Shown here in pieces: positions 1 to 9,291 of a DNA stretch of 64,000 nt. Origin of the DNA: Gemmatimonadales bacterium (GTDB lineage Bacteria; Gemmatimonadota; Gemmatimonadetes; Gemmatimonadales; GWC2-71-9). The notes under the pieces are model-generated. The model was not told where the DNA came from and did no database searches. It saw only the letters and a list, made by a program, of their open reading frames with translations. The stretch lies in assembly GCA_038321865.1 (NCBI GenBank), contig JBBQFH010000009.1, positions 32,001 to 96,000 on the forward strand, given 5' to 3'. Every line of letters starts with the position of its first letter. Within the stretch, counting starts at the first letter, position 1. The position numbers were made by a program, and so were the translations under genes.

Positions 1-211
1 GTGCCGCCTCGACGGCGGCGGCATCGGTGCACTGCGCCCGCACACCGTCCAGCTCCGCCAGGCACTGCCGGAGGTGGGCGAGACCGTGGTAGGCGCGTGC
101 CGGGTCGGCCCAGGCCGCGATGAGCTCGGCGTACGCGCTGTCGCTCCCGCGGCTGGCCCCAAGGGCGCGCCAGACCGCGCGCCACCGGGTGCGGCCCGCT
201 CCGGCGCTCAG
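1..211 (-). CDS. Partial predicted metal-dependent HD-superfamily phosphohydrolase (COG4339-like), 3' end outside window
   Basis: Manual translation LSAGAGRTRWRAVWRALG...AWADPARAYHGLAHLRQCLAELD...AVEAA matches the family N-terminal R-x-YH-x-L-x-H motif; start codon uncertain (CTG overlapping upstream TGA). Confidence 0.65.
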   Translation of the reverse strand, partial: MSAGAGRTRWRAVWRALGASRGSDSAYAELIAAWADPARAYHGLAHLRQCLAELDGVRAQCTDAAAVEAA

Positions 212-2802
212 AAGCCGAAACCGGCCAGAAAGTACACCCCGGTGCGCTCCTCGCCGTCGGCGATCGTCACGCTCAGCGTGCTCACCGGCCCCTCGACATT
301 GAACCACGCGCCCCCTCCGAAGGCCCGGTGCAGCTTGCTCGACGACTCGCCCGTCGCCCATACCCGCCCGAAGTCCGCGATCCCGTGAATGCCGAAGTTG
401 CCCGGAACCAGCAGCCGGAGCTGGCCGAGGGTGAGTCGGAGCTCGGCGCCGCCCCAGGCGGCCGCGCTGCCGGCGAACCGTTGCTGATCGAAGCCGCGGA
501 GGTTCGCAAACCCGCCGAGAAACGCCGATTCGAAATAGGGCGCATCGCCCCAGACCTTCTTGCCTCCCACGCGGAGTGCGAGCACCGGTTTCATCGGCGC
601 ATTCACCCCGAAGTACGTGGCCACCTCGGCGTGCGCTTCGCCGAAGGTCGTGGCCACGTCCCAGAACGCGGGGAAGAGCGAGCCTCCGGCAGATGCCCTG
701 ACCCCGCTCCGGGGGGCGCCGGTGTTGTCGCGCGTGTCGTAGGTGGCGTAGGCGCGAACACCCAGCTGGCCGTAATCGCCGGTGCCGCTCAGTCGGCCAC
801 TGGACGAAATGCTGCCGGGACTCGAGGTGGTGCTGGTGAACTGGAGCGCGGGCCCGAGACGGATCTCGCCGCGGCCGATGGGAAAGGCCAGCGTCGGCTC
901 CAGGCGGTACTGGGTGTTCTCCACCCGAAAGTAGTCGCCGTTTCCGACGCGAGCCGTTTCGTTGCCCTGCCCGTAGTAGCGGATCACGTCGAGGCCGGAG
1001 ATCTGCGCCAGGGCCACCAGGTGCGAAGCCCGGTTCTCGCGGTGAAGGTCCAGCGTCGCGGCGACCCGGGTATCGTTGGGACCGGTGCCGCGCTCGACCC
1101 ACAACGTGGTCTGATACCAGTACGGCCGCATGCGGAAGCCGTACTGGTTGACGCCGACGCTGACTCCGTAGACCAGCCCCAGGTCACTCAGGTAGCGGAA
1201 CCGCAGATCGGGCACCATCTTCGCGCCGAAATCGGGTGGGGGAATCACCGTATCCCCCCGCACAATCAGCTGCGGGCGCCGGCTGAACAGGGTGTCGGGT
1301 CCGTAGGTCAGCTCGTGCGGTCCCGCGCCCTTGTCGTAGAACCTCGTCGCGCCGCGATCGTACTCCACGGCGGAGGAATCGATCAGGGTGTTGTCGCCCT
1401 TGCCGCCGATCACCCGGACCTTCATCCCGCGCACCGCCCGCCCGCGCACCAGCGCGCTGTCATCGCCGCCGTGCAGATAGACGCGCACTTCCTGGGTTTC
1501 CCCGTTGAGGAAACGGCGGTCGAAATACGGCTGCCGGCTCCCGATCGGGCCGCCGTGATCAGGGCGGCCGTCGAGGAGGCGGACCCGCACACCGGCGCTG
1601 TCACGCTCGATCACGGCGATGTCGCGGCTGTCGGTGGCGTGGATGTCCGGCACCTTGGACAGCAGCGAATAGAGCCGGCGGGCTTCGGCGGGCAGGCCGT
1701 CGCGGCGCTGCTTCAGCACGGCCGCGATCCGCTCGCCGGTGAGCTTCCGGTACTCGGGCGGCATGCTGCGCACGCCGGAATCGATCACGGCGTCGGTGAT
1801 GCGCGTGCGGACGAAGTTGGCGATGGAGTCCCATGTCGGGCCATCGAGGCCGTTGAGCAGACCGCGATCGAGCTCACGGCCGTTGAGCGTCAGTCCCTGC
1901 AGGTTCGGATAGGTCGCGTTGAACCCGATCAGCTTCGGCGCGCCGAGCCGTGCGAGACTGGGAAAGAGCCCATCGAACCAGATATACGCCTGGTCGCGAT
2001 CGCGTGGGATCGGCACCCAGATGTGGCCGTCCCCGCGATCGAACCGTGCCCATTTCCACTGGTCCTTGTGCCGGTCCCAGTCGTTGATGAGCAAATCGAA
2101 GAGGCGAGCCGTCAGGAATGCCCGCGTGTCCACGCGATCGTCCGGACTGTCCGAGAGCTTCTTCAGCAGGTCGAGGCTGTTCCCGATCTTCATCGACCCG
2201 GCAAAGCCGGGCTTCCCATCCGGGCCGTCATTGGGAAACTCCTCGATCAGCCCGAGCGCTCCGCCGAAATCCTTCCGGAACTCGCCGAGCGCGGGATCGT
2301 CGGGCATCACGGCGTATTGGGGCGTGGCGTGCAGCACACCGAGCGCGTCGAGCATCGGGGGCACCGTGAGGGCACCGCCGGGATTCGAATGGCTCAACTG
2401 GTCGTTGACCAGGTCGGCGACGAAACCTTTCCGCAGCGTCTCGGGCAGAATGACGCGCGCATCCTTCTTGAGGGTGCGGAATACCCACTCCCGGCCGTTG
2501 GCGCTCTCGAAGCGGAGCGACTTGGTCTGCTCGCCGCCGCCCCGCTTGGTCGGCTTCAGGCCGCCGTCGAACGCCTGCAGCTCGAGGACCGCGGCGCGGA
2601 TCGGCATCTGCCAGACGCGCCGGTATTCCCGGCCGAAGAGAAGCTGATGGAAGGTGCCGGCCGCCAGCGAACTGTCGGCAACCGCCGTGACGCTGTCATG
2701 TCCCACCCGCGGAGCGGCCGGACGTGCCTGACCGCAGAGCCCGGCGGCGGTTCCGAGCATCAGGGCGGCGAAATGGGCGGAGACGGCGGACCACAGGCGC
2801 AT
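208..2802 (-). CDS. Omp85/BamA-TamA-family outer membrane protein with N-terminal atypical kinase-like domain
   Basis: Signal peptide; C-terminal amphipathic beta strands, LRGF..RF lid-loop motif, terminal Phe (GFGF); N-terminal GGGEQT loop and DWDRHKDQW...PRDRDQ motif. Confidence 0.8.
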   Translation of the reverse strand: MRLWSAVSAHFAALMLGTAAGLCGQARPAAPRVGHDSVTAVADSSLAAGTFHQLLFGREYRRVWQMPIRAAVLELQAFDGGLKPTKRGGGEQTKSLRFESANGREWVFRTLKKDARVILPETLRKGFVADLVNDQLSHSNPGGALTVPPMLDALGVLHATPQYAVMPDDPALGEFRKDFGGALGLIEEFPNDGPDGKPGFAGSMKIGNSLDLLKKLSDSPDDRVDTRAFLTARLFDLLINDWDRHKDQWKWARFDRGDGHIWVPIPRDRDQAYIWFDGLFPSLARLGAPKLIGFNATYPNLQGLTLNGRELDRGLLNGLDGPTWDSIANFVRTRITDAVIDSGVRSMPPEYRKLTGERIAAVLKQRRDGLPAEARRLYSLLSKVPDIHATDSRDIAVIERDSAGVRVRLLDGRPDHGGPIGSRQPYFDRRFLNGETQEVRVYLHGGDDSALVRGRAVRGMKVRVIGGKGDNTLIDSSAVEYDRGATRFYDKGAGPHELTYGPDTLFSRRPQLIVRGDTVIPPPDFGAKMVPDLRFRYLSDLGLVYGVSVGVNQYGFRMRPYWYQTTLWVERGTGPNDTRVAATLDLHRENRASHLVALAQISGLDVIRYYGQGNETARVGNGDYFRVENTQYRLEPTLAFPIGRGEIRLGPALQFTSTTSSPGSISSSGRLSGTGDYGQLGVRAYATYDTRDNTGAPRSGVRASAGGSLFPAFWDVATTFGEAHAEVATYFGVNAPMKPVLALRVGGKKVWGDAPYFESAFLGGFANLRGFDQQRFAGSAAAWGGAELRLTLGQLRLLVPGNFGIHGIADFGRVWATGESSSKLHRAFGGGAWFNVEGPVSTLSVTIADGEERTGVYFLAGFGF

Positions 2803-2810
2803 GCGTCCCT

Positions 2811-3971
2811 CTATTTCAGGTAGGCGGCGTAGGTTTCGGTGATGACGCCCTTGGCGTCCACCGTTTCCACGCCGAGTCGAACCTGCTTGTCCTTCAGCAC
2901 GTCCAGCCGCATGAAGCCGGGGAGCGCCGCCGCATATTGGGTCCGCGGGGTGTAGTGCACGCCATCCTCGTGGTTGATCGTGCCGGCGCCGCTGACCAGC
3001 AGGTGCCTCGCCGTCTTGCCCTCGAGGACCTGCAGGCCGTGGTCATGTCCCGAGACGTAGACCAGCGGCTTTCGCACCGCGAAGACCAGCTCCATGGCCC
3101 GCCGCATCCGCTCGTTTTTCGGACCGGCGATATCCTGGTCGGAGGCACCCTGTTGGCGATTGAGGGCGTAGTAGGACCCGATGATCGGGAGCGGGATCCA
3201 CAGCCACGGCCTGAGCGCCCGTAACGGGAACAGATGCGCCTGCCACGGCATGTACCCGCCATGGGGTCCGCCGGACGCGAGCGGGTGGTGGCCCGCGACG
3301 ACGACGGTCCGGTCGTCGGCGGTGAGCAGTTGGCGGTTGAGCGAGTTGACCACCGACGCCGGCGTATAGTTCGGACACGTCGACGTGGAGTCACGCGGCC
3401 GGGTGTAATCGTGCAGCCACCACTGCGTGTCGAGCATGACGAGCCGGAGGTGCGGACTCGGATCCACATATTCGGGGCCTGGACAGCCGCCATGGGGTAC
3501 CATTCGGGCGTAGGGCGCGCCCTTGGCCGCGATGTAGTCGGCCTGGCGCTTGATCGCGTCCCAGCCGCTCTGCCCCATGTATGACCAGTCGTGATTTCCC
3601 GGGATGAAGTAGGTCTCCGTGCGCGTCTGAACGGCGACCGCGATCTGGGCGTCGATCCGCCGCTCGGCGTCGCCGCGGCCGACGCCGCCGGTGTCGGGCA
3701 TGCCGCGGAGGTAGATGTTGTCGCCCAGGAACACGATGATCCGCTTCCCGGGTGTGGCCTCGACCTGCTTGACCAGCGCAACGAAGACCGGCTCATCCTT
3801 GGTCGGCGCACCGGCATCGCCGATGAGAAAGAGGGTGCTCTCGACCAGACCGGGCGCCGCCGAGACGATGGGTGGGGTGATGTCGCCGGTGGCCGTGACC
3901 GGTGGTCCGTACCGGGCACAGGCGACGGCGACAGGGATGGCGGCCGCGACGAGAAGGATACGACGTCTCAT
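2811..3971 (-). CDS. Calcineurin-like metallophosphoesterase, probable lipoprotein
   Basis: GDAG, GDNIY, GNHDW, GHHP, SGHDH motifs; start MRRRILLVAAAIPVAVAC (lipobox) at ATGA overlap with upstream gene. Confidence 0.88.
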   Translation of the reverse strand: MRRRILLVAAAIPVAVACARYGPPVTATGDITPPIVSAAPGLVESTLFLIGDAGAPTKDEPVFVALVKQVEATPGKRIIVFLGDNIYLRGMPDTGGVGRGDAERRIDAQIAVAVQTRTETYFIPGNHDWSYMGQSGWDAIKRQADYIAAKGAPYARMVPHGGCPGPEYVDPSPHLRLVMLDTQWWLHDYTRPRDSTSTCPNYTPASVVNSLNRQLLTADDRTVVVAGHHPLASGGPHGGYMPWQAHLFPLRALRPWLWIPLPIIGSYYALNRQQGASDQDIAGPKNERMRRAMELVFAVRKPLVYVSGHDHGLQVLEGKTARHLLVSGAGTINHEDGVHYTPRTQYAAALPGFMRLDVLKDKQVRLGVETVDAKGVITETYAAYLK

Positions 3972-4873
3972 GGGAATGGGCGGGAATAGACGGTGATGAG
4001 GGGACGGTCCCCCCCGGCCTCGTCCGCCACGATCAGGCGGCCGTCGGGGGTGATCGCTGCACCTTCTGGCTGACGGTGGCTGCCGGGGATGTTGCCGACC
4101 CGAAGCAGCGCGCCCTCCGGCGAGAGCTCGACCAGCCCCGACTGGAGCGACGACATCACCAGAAAATGGCCGGTCCGCTGGTCGCGGGTGATCTCGGACG
4201 CCTCGAACCGCTTCCAGTGCCCGCCGGCGGCGCGGAGCTGCTCGATCGGGATGACCAGCGGTGTCGGCGAGGGCGGCGGGGAGCCCGGCAGGCCCCATCG
4301 GTAAATCACCAGCGCGTCCTGCGGCGCCCCCGCATACACGTGCTTGCAGGCCAGCAGCATCGCGTGCGTGGCCGGATCGAATACCATGCCCTCGAACTCG
4401 CACGCCTTGCGCAGCTTCGTGTCGTACTCGTTGTAGGGCACCGCCTTGCCCGCGCCCCCTTCGCTGCCCTCGTAAATCCGCCCCTTGCTGTCGAGCAGGT
4501 AGACCTGGGCGCCCACCACGGCGATCGCCTCGAAGTCGGCGGTGAGGGCCTCTTCGCCGAGCATGAAGGTCTTCATGATCACGCCGCGCCGGTAGTCGAT
4601 TTCCCAGATCTCGCTCGTCTCGTCGCCGTGCGCGAGCAGCCGGCCGTCCACGGTCAGCGCGAGCCCGGAGATTTCCTTGAACCTGGGCGGCAGGATCCAG
4701 CGGGCGATCGGCTCCGCGGCGGGCTTCCCCTGCGCCACGGCCGCGTCCGCGGCGGCCGCGCGGGCGTTCACCGCGCGAAGCCGTTGCTCCAGCTGCGCGC
4801 GCTGTTCCTGCGGACCGGGCACCGGTGAACAACCGAGCAGGAGCAGGGTGGCCGCGGCTCTCCACCCGATCAT
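3968..4873 (-). CDS. SdiA-regulated/YjiK-like beta-propeller lipoprotein
   Basis: Lipobox LLGC; repeated EISGL, DFEAIA, EFEGM, QPEGAA blade motifs. Confidence 0.7.
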   Translation of the reverse strand: MIGWRAAATLLLLGCSPVPGPQEQRAQLEQRLRAVNARAAAADAAVAQGKPAAEPIARWILPPRFKEISGLALTVDGRLLAHGDETSEIWEIDYRRGVIMKTFMLGEEALTADFEAIAVVGAQVYLLDSKGRIYEGSEGGAGKAVPYNEYDTKLRKACEFEGMVFDPATHAMLLACKHVYAGAPQDALVIYRWGLPGSPPPSPTPLVIPIEQLRAAGGHWKRFEASEITRDQRTGHFLVMSSLQSGLVELSPEGALLRVGNIPGSHRQPEGAAITPDGRLIVADEAGGDRPLITVYSRPFP

Positions 4874-5976
4874 GCGGGCGGCTTTTCCTTGTCCAGCTCC
4901 TGGCTCACCTCGAACTCGGCGCCCAGGATGGAATCTTTCCCGCTGGACATCACCGCATGGAGCACATCATCCTGTGACGGGTTTTTCCGGAGGCGGACAA
5001 GGTAGTACAGCATGGCCGGCTTGCCTTCGGCCTCGACCACGTCGTCCAGCCGGAAGCGCTTGGTCGCCTGTTGCAGGATTGGCGTGACGCATTTCTTGGC
5101 CGCTTCGACGTCCTCCGTGCTGAGCGAAAGCACCGCGTTGTAGCGTGGCTTCTTGTTCTTCTTGCCGGGCTCGCCGGCGAGCATGTTGCGGACCCGGGCG
5201 AAGCGGTCCGCCAGCTGATCGGCCTTTTCGGGCGTGAGCGTCAGCAACAGCTCCCGGTCGGGGACCGGCGGTGTTCCATCCTTATTGTCGACCAGCGCAC
5301 CGAGCGGCTCGGACCACTGTACCTTCTGGGCGAGATCCAGCGGGCTCCGGCCGAAGTCGGTGCGCCAGACCAGGAGGATGGTGACGTTGAACACGAACGA
5401 CAGGATCGCCGCCACGGTCAGCGCCTGCACGCCCGCGGCGAGGCCGACGCCGATCGCGAGAAAGACGAATACGGTGTCCCGGTTATCCTTCAGGTTGGCC
5501 CGGAACCGGACGCCCGCCACGATGCCTGCGAGACTGAAGGCGAGGGCCAGGCTGTTGCGGACGATCAGCACCACGCCGGTAACGACGATCGGAAGGATCA
5601 GCATCGTGTGCACGATCGACTGCGCGTAGCCGGTGGTGCGCCGCGTCGCCATGTAGACCCACGAGACCGGCAACATCAGCACCAGGGATCCCAGCATGAC
5701 GGCAAAGGCGGTCAGCACCATGTAGAGCCGCGGGTTCAGCCCGCTCGAGTCCACCAGGCCAACGGCGGCAGCCCCCTTCTGCATGCCGTCGGTCAGTACC
5801 TGCGAGCCTACCGTGTCACCGATTCGCTCGCCCGAAAAGAGCAAATTGGCGGCGGGGAATACGTACAGAAGCGCAATGGTGATGCCGACGATGAAGACGT
5901 AGTAGACCAGGAGGCGCACCACCGGAGACTCCGAGCCGCCGGTGGCCACGTTCATCAGCTTGGAAAAAAACGCCAT
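4870..5976 (-). CDS. DUF4956-like multi-pass membrane protein
   Basis: SLALAFSLAGIVAGVRFR...DTVFVFLAIGVGLAAG signature; several TM segments; soluble C-terminal domain. Confidence 0.75.
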   Translation of the reverse strand: MAFFSKLMNVATGGSESPVVRLLVYYVFIVGITIALLYVFPAANLLFSGERIGDTVGSQVLTDGMQKGAAAVGLVDSSGLNPRLYMVLTAFAVMLGSLVLMLPVSWVYMATRRTTGYAQSIVHTMLILPIVVTGVVLIVRNSLALAFSLAGIVAGVRFRANLKDNRDTVFVFLAIGVGLAAGVQALTVAAILSFVFNVTILLVWRTDFGRSPLDLAQKVQWSEPLGALVDNKDGTPPVPDRELLLTLTPEKADQLADRFARVRNMLAGEPGKKNKKPRYNAVLSLSTEDVEAAKKCVTPILQQATKRFRLDDVVEAEGKPAMLYYLVRLRKNPSQDDVLHAVMSSGKDSILGAEFEVSQELDKEKPPA

Positions 5977-6118
5977 CGCGGGGCCTCACTTGGTGCCGGG
6001 TATCGCACGGGGTGGCAAGGAGTTGCCGACCGCGGTCGGCGACGTCGGCTGGCAATATGCGGTGGGGCGCCCGCGAAGTCTGTGACCCGCGCACGTGATG
6101 CGCATCACTCGTCGCGGG

Positions 6119-7372
6119 TCAGAAGGGCGGCAATGCCTGGTGCACCGGATCGTCCAGCAGGATCGCCGGGACCATCTCCCCGACGCCGGCGTCGAACTGG
6201 CCCTCAGCCAGGATCAGCAAGGCGTTGGCCCGCACCATGGAGGTGAGGATGCCGGAGCCCTGAGGTCCGGTGAGCCGCGCCGTGAGCTCGTCGCCGTCCG
6301 CGACGACGACCGCACGGAGGAAGTGCTGCAGCCTTGGCTTCACCGCGACCGCTTCGGCGATGCGAACCATCACCGCACGGCGAAACGGGAGCGGCTGCCC
6401 GCACATCGCGCGGATGGCGGGCCGCACGAACAGCTCGAACGTCACCATGGTGCTGACCGGATTGCCGGGCAGTCCGAGCCAGGGGACATCACCCAGGAGC
6501 CCGAAGCCGACCGGCGCACCCGGCCGCATGCGGAGCTTCCAGAAGCGATGGACGACGCCGAGCTCGTCGAGCGCGGAGCGGACATAGTCGTGCTCGCCCA
6601 CGCTGATCCCCGCCGTGGACACGATCAGGTCGGCATCCCGGGCCCGCTGGAAATGCGCGCGCATGCTCTCCGGCGTGTCCCGGGCGATGCCGAGATTCCT
6701 CGGCTCCCCGCCCGCCTGCCGCACGAGGGCCAGGAGCGTGTGGGTGTTGCTGCTGGCGATCCTGCGGCCCGAGAGGATTTCGTCGGGCTGATCGATGTCC
6801 ACGATCTCGTCGCCGCTGCCCAGGATCGCGACGCGCGGCCGGCGATACACCAGCGGATGGGCTTCCGCGAGCGACGCGAGGACGCCGAGATGGGCCGCCC
6901 CCAGCGGGGTCCCGGCCGTCAGCACGGTGGTGCCGCGCCGCACATCCTCGCCGGCGTGGCGCAGGTTGGCGCCGGCGTCGCGGCCGTTGCGGATCTCGAC
7001 GAGATCCGCTCCGCCATCGGTATCCTCCTGGCGTACGACGCTGTCCGTTCCGGCCGGCAGTGGCGCGCCGGTGAAGATGCGCGCGCACTCTCCGGGTCCG
7101 ATTTCGCGGACTGGTACGTGGCCGGCGGGAATGTGCTCCACCACCCTCAGCCGGACCGGCGAGCTCCCGGAGGCAGAGCGGACATCCAGGGCGCGGGTCG
7201 CGTACCCGTCCATGGCGGAGTTGGTGCGTCCGGGGATGTCGAGGGAGCTCACCACGTCCTGCGCCAGCACGCTGTCGAGCGCATCGTCGAGCGGAACGCG
7301 GAGGGCAGGCTGGCGCCGGACGTCGCTGAGAATGCTGAGCGCCGCGTCCCGGGCGCTCAGCGGCATGGTCAC
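6119..7372 (-). CDS. moeA: Molybdopterin molybdenumtransferase
   Basis: NSAMDGYA, RIFTGAPLP, SGDE, GLPGNPVS motifs; GTG start overlaps mobB stop. Confidence 0.95.
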   Translation of the reverse strand: MTMPLSARDAALSILSDVRRQPALRVPLDDALDSVLAQDVVSSLDIPGRTNSAMDGYATRALDVRSASGSSPVRLRVVEHIPAGHVPVREIGPGECARIFTGAPLPAGTDSVVRQEDTDGGADLVEIRNGRDAGANLRHAGEDVRRGTTVLTAGTPLGAAHLGVLASLAEAHPLVYRRPRVAILGSGDEIVDIDQPDEILSGRRIASSNTHTLLALVRQAGGEPRNLGIARDTPESMRAHFQRARDADLIVSTAGISVGEHDYVRSALDELGVVHRFWKLRMRPGAPVGFGLLGDVPWLGLPGNPVSTMVTFELFVRPAIRAMCGQPLPFRRAVMVRIAEAVAVKPRLQHFLRAVVVADGDELTARLTGPQGSGILTSMVRANALLILAEGQFDAGVGEMVPAILLDDPVHQALPPF

Positions 7373-7902
7373 GACGGCAGCACCAGCGCTCCATCCCACG
7401 CGATGTTTGCGAGCAGCTGCAGCCACATGGTGTCGGTAAAGTGAAGGACCCGGCAGGACGCGCGGAAGCCGGGGTCGTCGGTGACGATGGCCAGCCAGTG
7501 CGCCGAATCGGGAGACGATTCGTCGTAGATCGGGGTCTGGGCGACACCCCGCCGGAAGACCTCGACCTTGGGGAGCGGAGCCCGGCTGAACCCCTCGGCG
7601 AGCACGATATCGGCGCCGTCGAGATAGCGCCTGGCCAGCCCGACCGGATCGTAGTCATCGGGTGTGCGCTCGAACAGCACCCGCATGTCGGGTCCCGCGA
7701 TCAGCGTCCGCTCGGCGCGGCCCTCGTGGAAGTGCCGCCAGGTGTCGCTCCCCACGCGGTCCACGTCCGCCGGGTGGTGTCCGTGCTTCAGGGTCATGAC
7801 CCGCCGGCGCCGGCGAGTGAACTCGGCGGCCAGCGCCGCGGTCAGCGTGGTCTTTCCGGTGTTCTTGCGTCCGACGATCGAGACGATTCGCGACTCCGCC
7901 AC
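7369..7902 (-). CDS. mobB: Molybdopterin-guanine dinucleotide biosynthesis protein B
   Basis: IVGRKNTGKTT P-loop, LKHGHH, GSDTWRH, LAEGF. Confidence 0.92.
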   Translation of the reverse strand: MAESRIVSIVGRKNTGKTTLTAALAAEFTRRRRRVMTLKHGHHPADVDRVGSDTWRHFHEGRAERTLIAGPDMRVLFERTPDDYDPVGLARRYLDGADIVLAEGFSRAPLPKVEVFRRGVAQTPIYDESSPDSAHWLAIVTDDPGFRASCRVLHFTDTMWLQLLANIAWDGALVLPS

Positions 7903-8471
7903 ATCCCCTCCGCCGCGGCGAGCTCCTCCGCCGTGTTCACGTTGAAGAACAGCTCGGCCGGATCGCCGAGCAGCCGGATCGTACCGAGAGGGAGTATGTG
8001 CACGCGGACCTGCTGGTGGAAGCCGATGGCCCGAAGATCACCGGCATCGAGGCTCCGCTCCATGGCCTCGCGGCAGGCCGGCCCGTAGGCGGCACAGAGG
8101 GGCTCGACCCCCCGGCGCCCGTCGCTTTCGGGGATGCAGACGTCGGCGTCGCCGAGGCCGTCCGCCAGCGCCAGGACCAGCGGGGCGGTGACGAAGGGCA
8201 TGTCCCACGCGACGCAGACGACCGGCGCCGGAGACAGCGCGACGGCGGTGTAGAGGCCGCCGAGCGAGCCCAGGTCGGGACGCAGATCGGAGACGGTGCG
8301 GAGGCCGGGATACCAGGCGGCCGCCGCGGGGTGGTTCGCCACCAGCAGGGGAGGCGTGCCGAGGGCGTCGGTCAGGGTCCGGACCAGCCGATCGAGGATG
8401 CGCTCGCCGCCGATCGACTCGAGACCCTTGGGACGGCCGCCGAACCGGGTGGCGCCGCCACCGGCCAGCAC
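7842..8471 (-). CDS. mobA: Molybdenum cofactor guanylyltransferase (start uncertain)
   Basis: LAGGGATRFGG..K, GSLGGL, WDMPF, EPLCAAY, FFNVNT. Confidence 0.92.
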   Translation of the reverse strand: MLAGGGATRFGGRPKGLESIGGERILDRLVRTLTDALGTPPLLVANHPAAAAWYPGLRTVSDLRPDLGSLGGLYTAVALSPAPVVCVAWDMPFVTAPLVLALADGLGDADVCIPESDGRRGVEPLCAAYGPACREAMERSLDAGDLRAIGFHQQVRVHILPLGTIRLLGDPAELFFNVNTAEELAAAEGMWRSRESSRSSDARTPERPR

Positions 8472-8490
8472 GGCGCCGCGTACCGCGTGC

Positions 8491-9291
8491 CTAATAGCGA
8501 CGGCCCCGGCGCCGCTCGAGCACCACGTCGAAGCCGACGTTGAAGCTGAAGAGGTGCTTCATTCTGGTCGCGGTGGGCGGCGGCACGCCATCGGTTGCCG
8601 TCCCCGCCGTGACGGTCCGGACCGCCGCGACGTTGTCCCGCAGCTCCCAGCGCACCTGATATCCCCGCCCGATCGCGGACGTGAAGCCGACGGCGAGCAC
8701 CGCAGTGGGGGTGACACGGGAGTCGTGATCATCGGGATACACAATCGCGTCCGCCAGCTGTCCGGGCTCGTCCTGGCTGGGAAATTGGCCGATCATCCGG
8801 ATCGAGCTCTGGGTGCTGAACAGGAGGCCGGCGCCGACCCGGCCATACGGCGAGACGGCGCCGCGGCTGTTGACGCGGTAGATGAGACCGCCATTGAGGG
8901 CCACTGCGGTGGACGCCTTTTCCGAATTGTCGATCGAGGCGCAGGTGGCGCTGTTGCGGGCCGAGCCCGAGCCGTAGACCAGGCTGCAGCTGTCCTCGAA
9001 GCCGAGGCCGAGCAGATACGCCTCGCCGATGTAGCCGAGATGATCGCCCGGATAGTAGAGTCCCGAAAAGCCGAAGGTGACGTTGGACTTGATCCGCCGG
9101 CCGAGGGCGAAGGTGTCGGCCGGATTCGGCAGATCGAACACCGGCTGCTTGCTGACGTTCCAGAGGTTCTTGGGCTGCGCGTAGCCCAGCATCACGGTAA
9201 AGGCGATGCGTGCCTGATCGTGCGTCGCCTGGGCGGCGAGGGGAGCGGTCGCCACCGCCAACGCGATCACGACCGTGCCGATTCTCCGCAT
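8491..9291 (-). CDS. Secreted probable outer membrane beta-barrel protein
   Basis: Signal peptide MRRIGTVVIALAVATAPLAAQA; alternating aromatic/Gly strands; TGATG overlap with upstream gene. Confidence 0.6.
   Translation of the reverse strand: MRRIGTVVIALAVATAPLAAQATHDQARIAFTVMLGYAQPKNLWNVSKQPVFDLPNPADTFALGRRIKSNVTFGFSGLYYPGDHLGYIGEAYLLGLGFEDSCSLVYGSGSARNSATCASIDNSEKASTAVALNGGLIYRVNSRGAVSPYGRVGAGLLFSTQSSIRMIGQFPSQDEPGQLADAIVYPDDHDSRVTPTAVLAVGFTSAIGRGYQVRWELRDNVAAVRTVTAGTATDGVPPPTATRMKHLFSFNVGFDVVLERRRGRRY

Noticed and set aside
328..2823. Long antisense ORFs (e.g. 328-2823 +, 11207-12763 +, 58209-60512 -)
   Set aside because: Shadow ORFs opposite recognisable genes, expected in high-GC DNA; no motifs
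2811..4865. 684-aa ORF as a single protein
   Set aside because: The N-terminal part is an off-frame read of the propeller gene; the real start is ATG 3971 with a signal peptide
6013..6026. sigma54-like TGGCAA...TTGC
   Set aside because: GG-to-GC spacing is one base short and it points away from the nearby gene start
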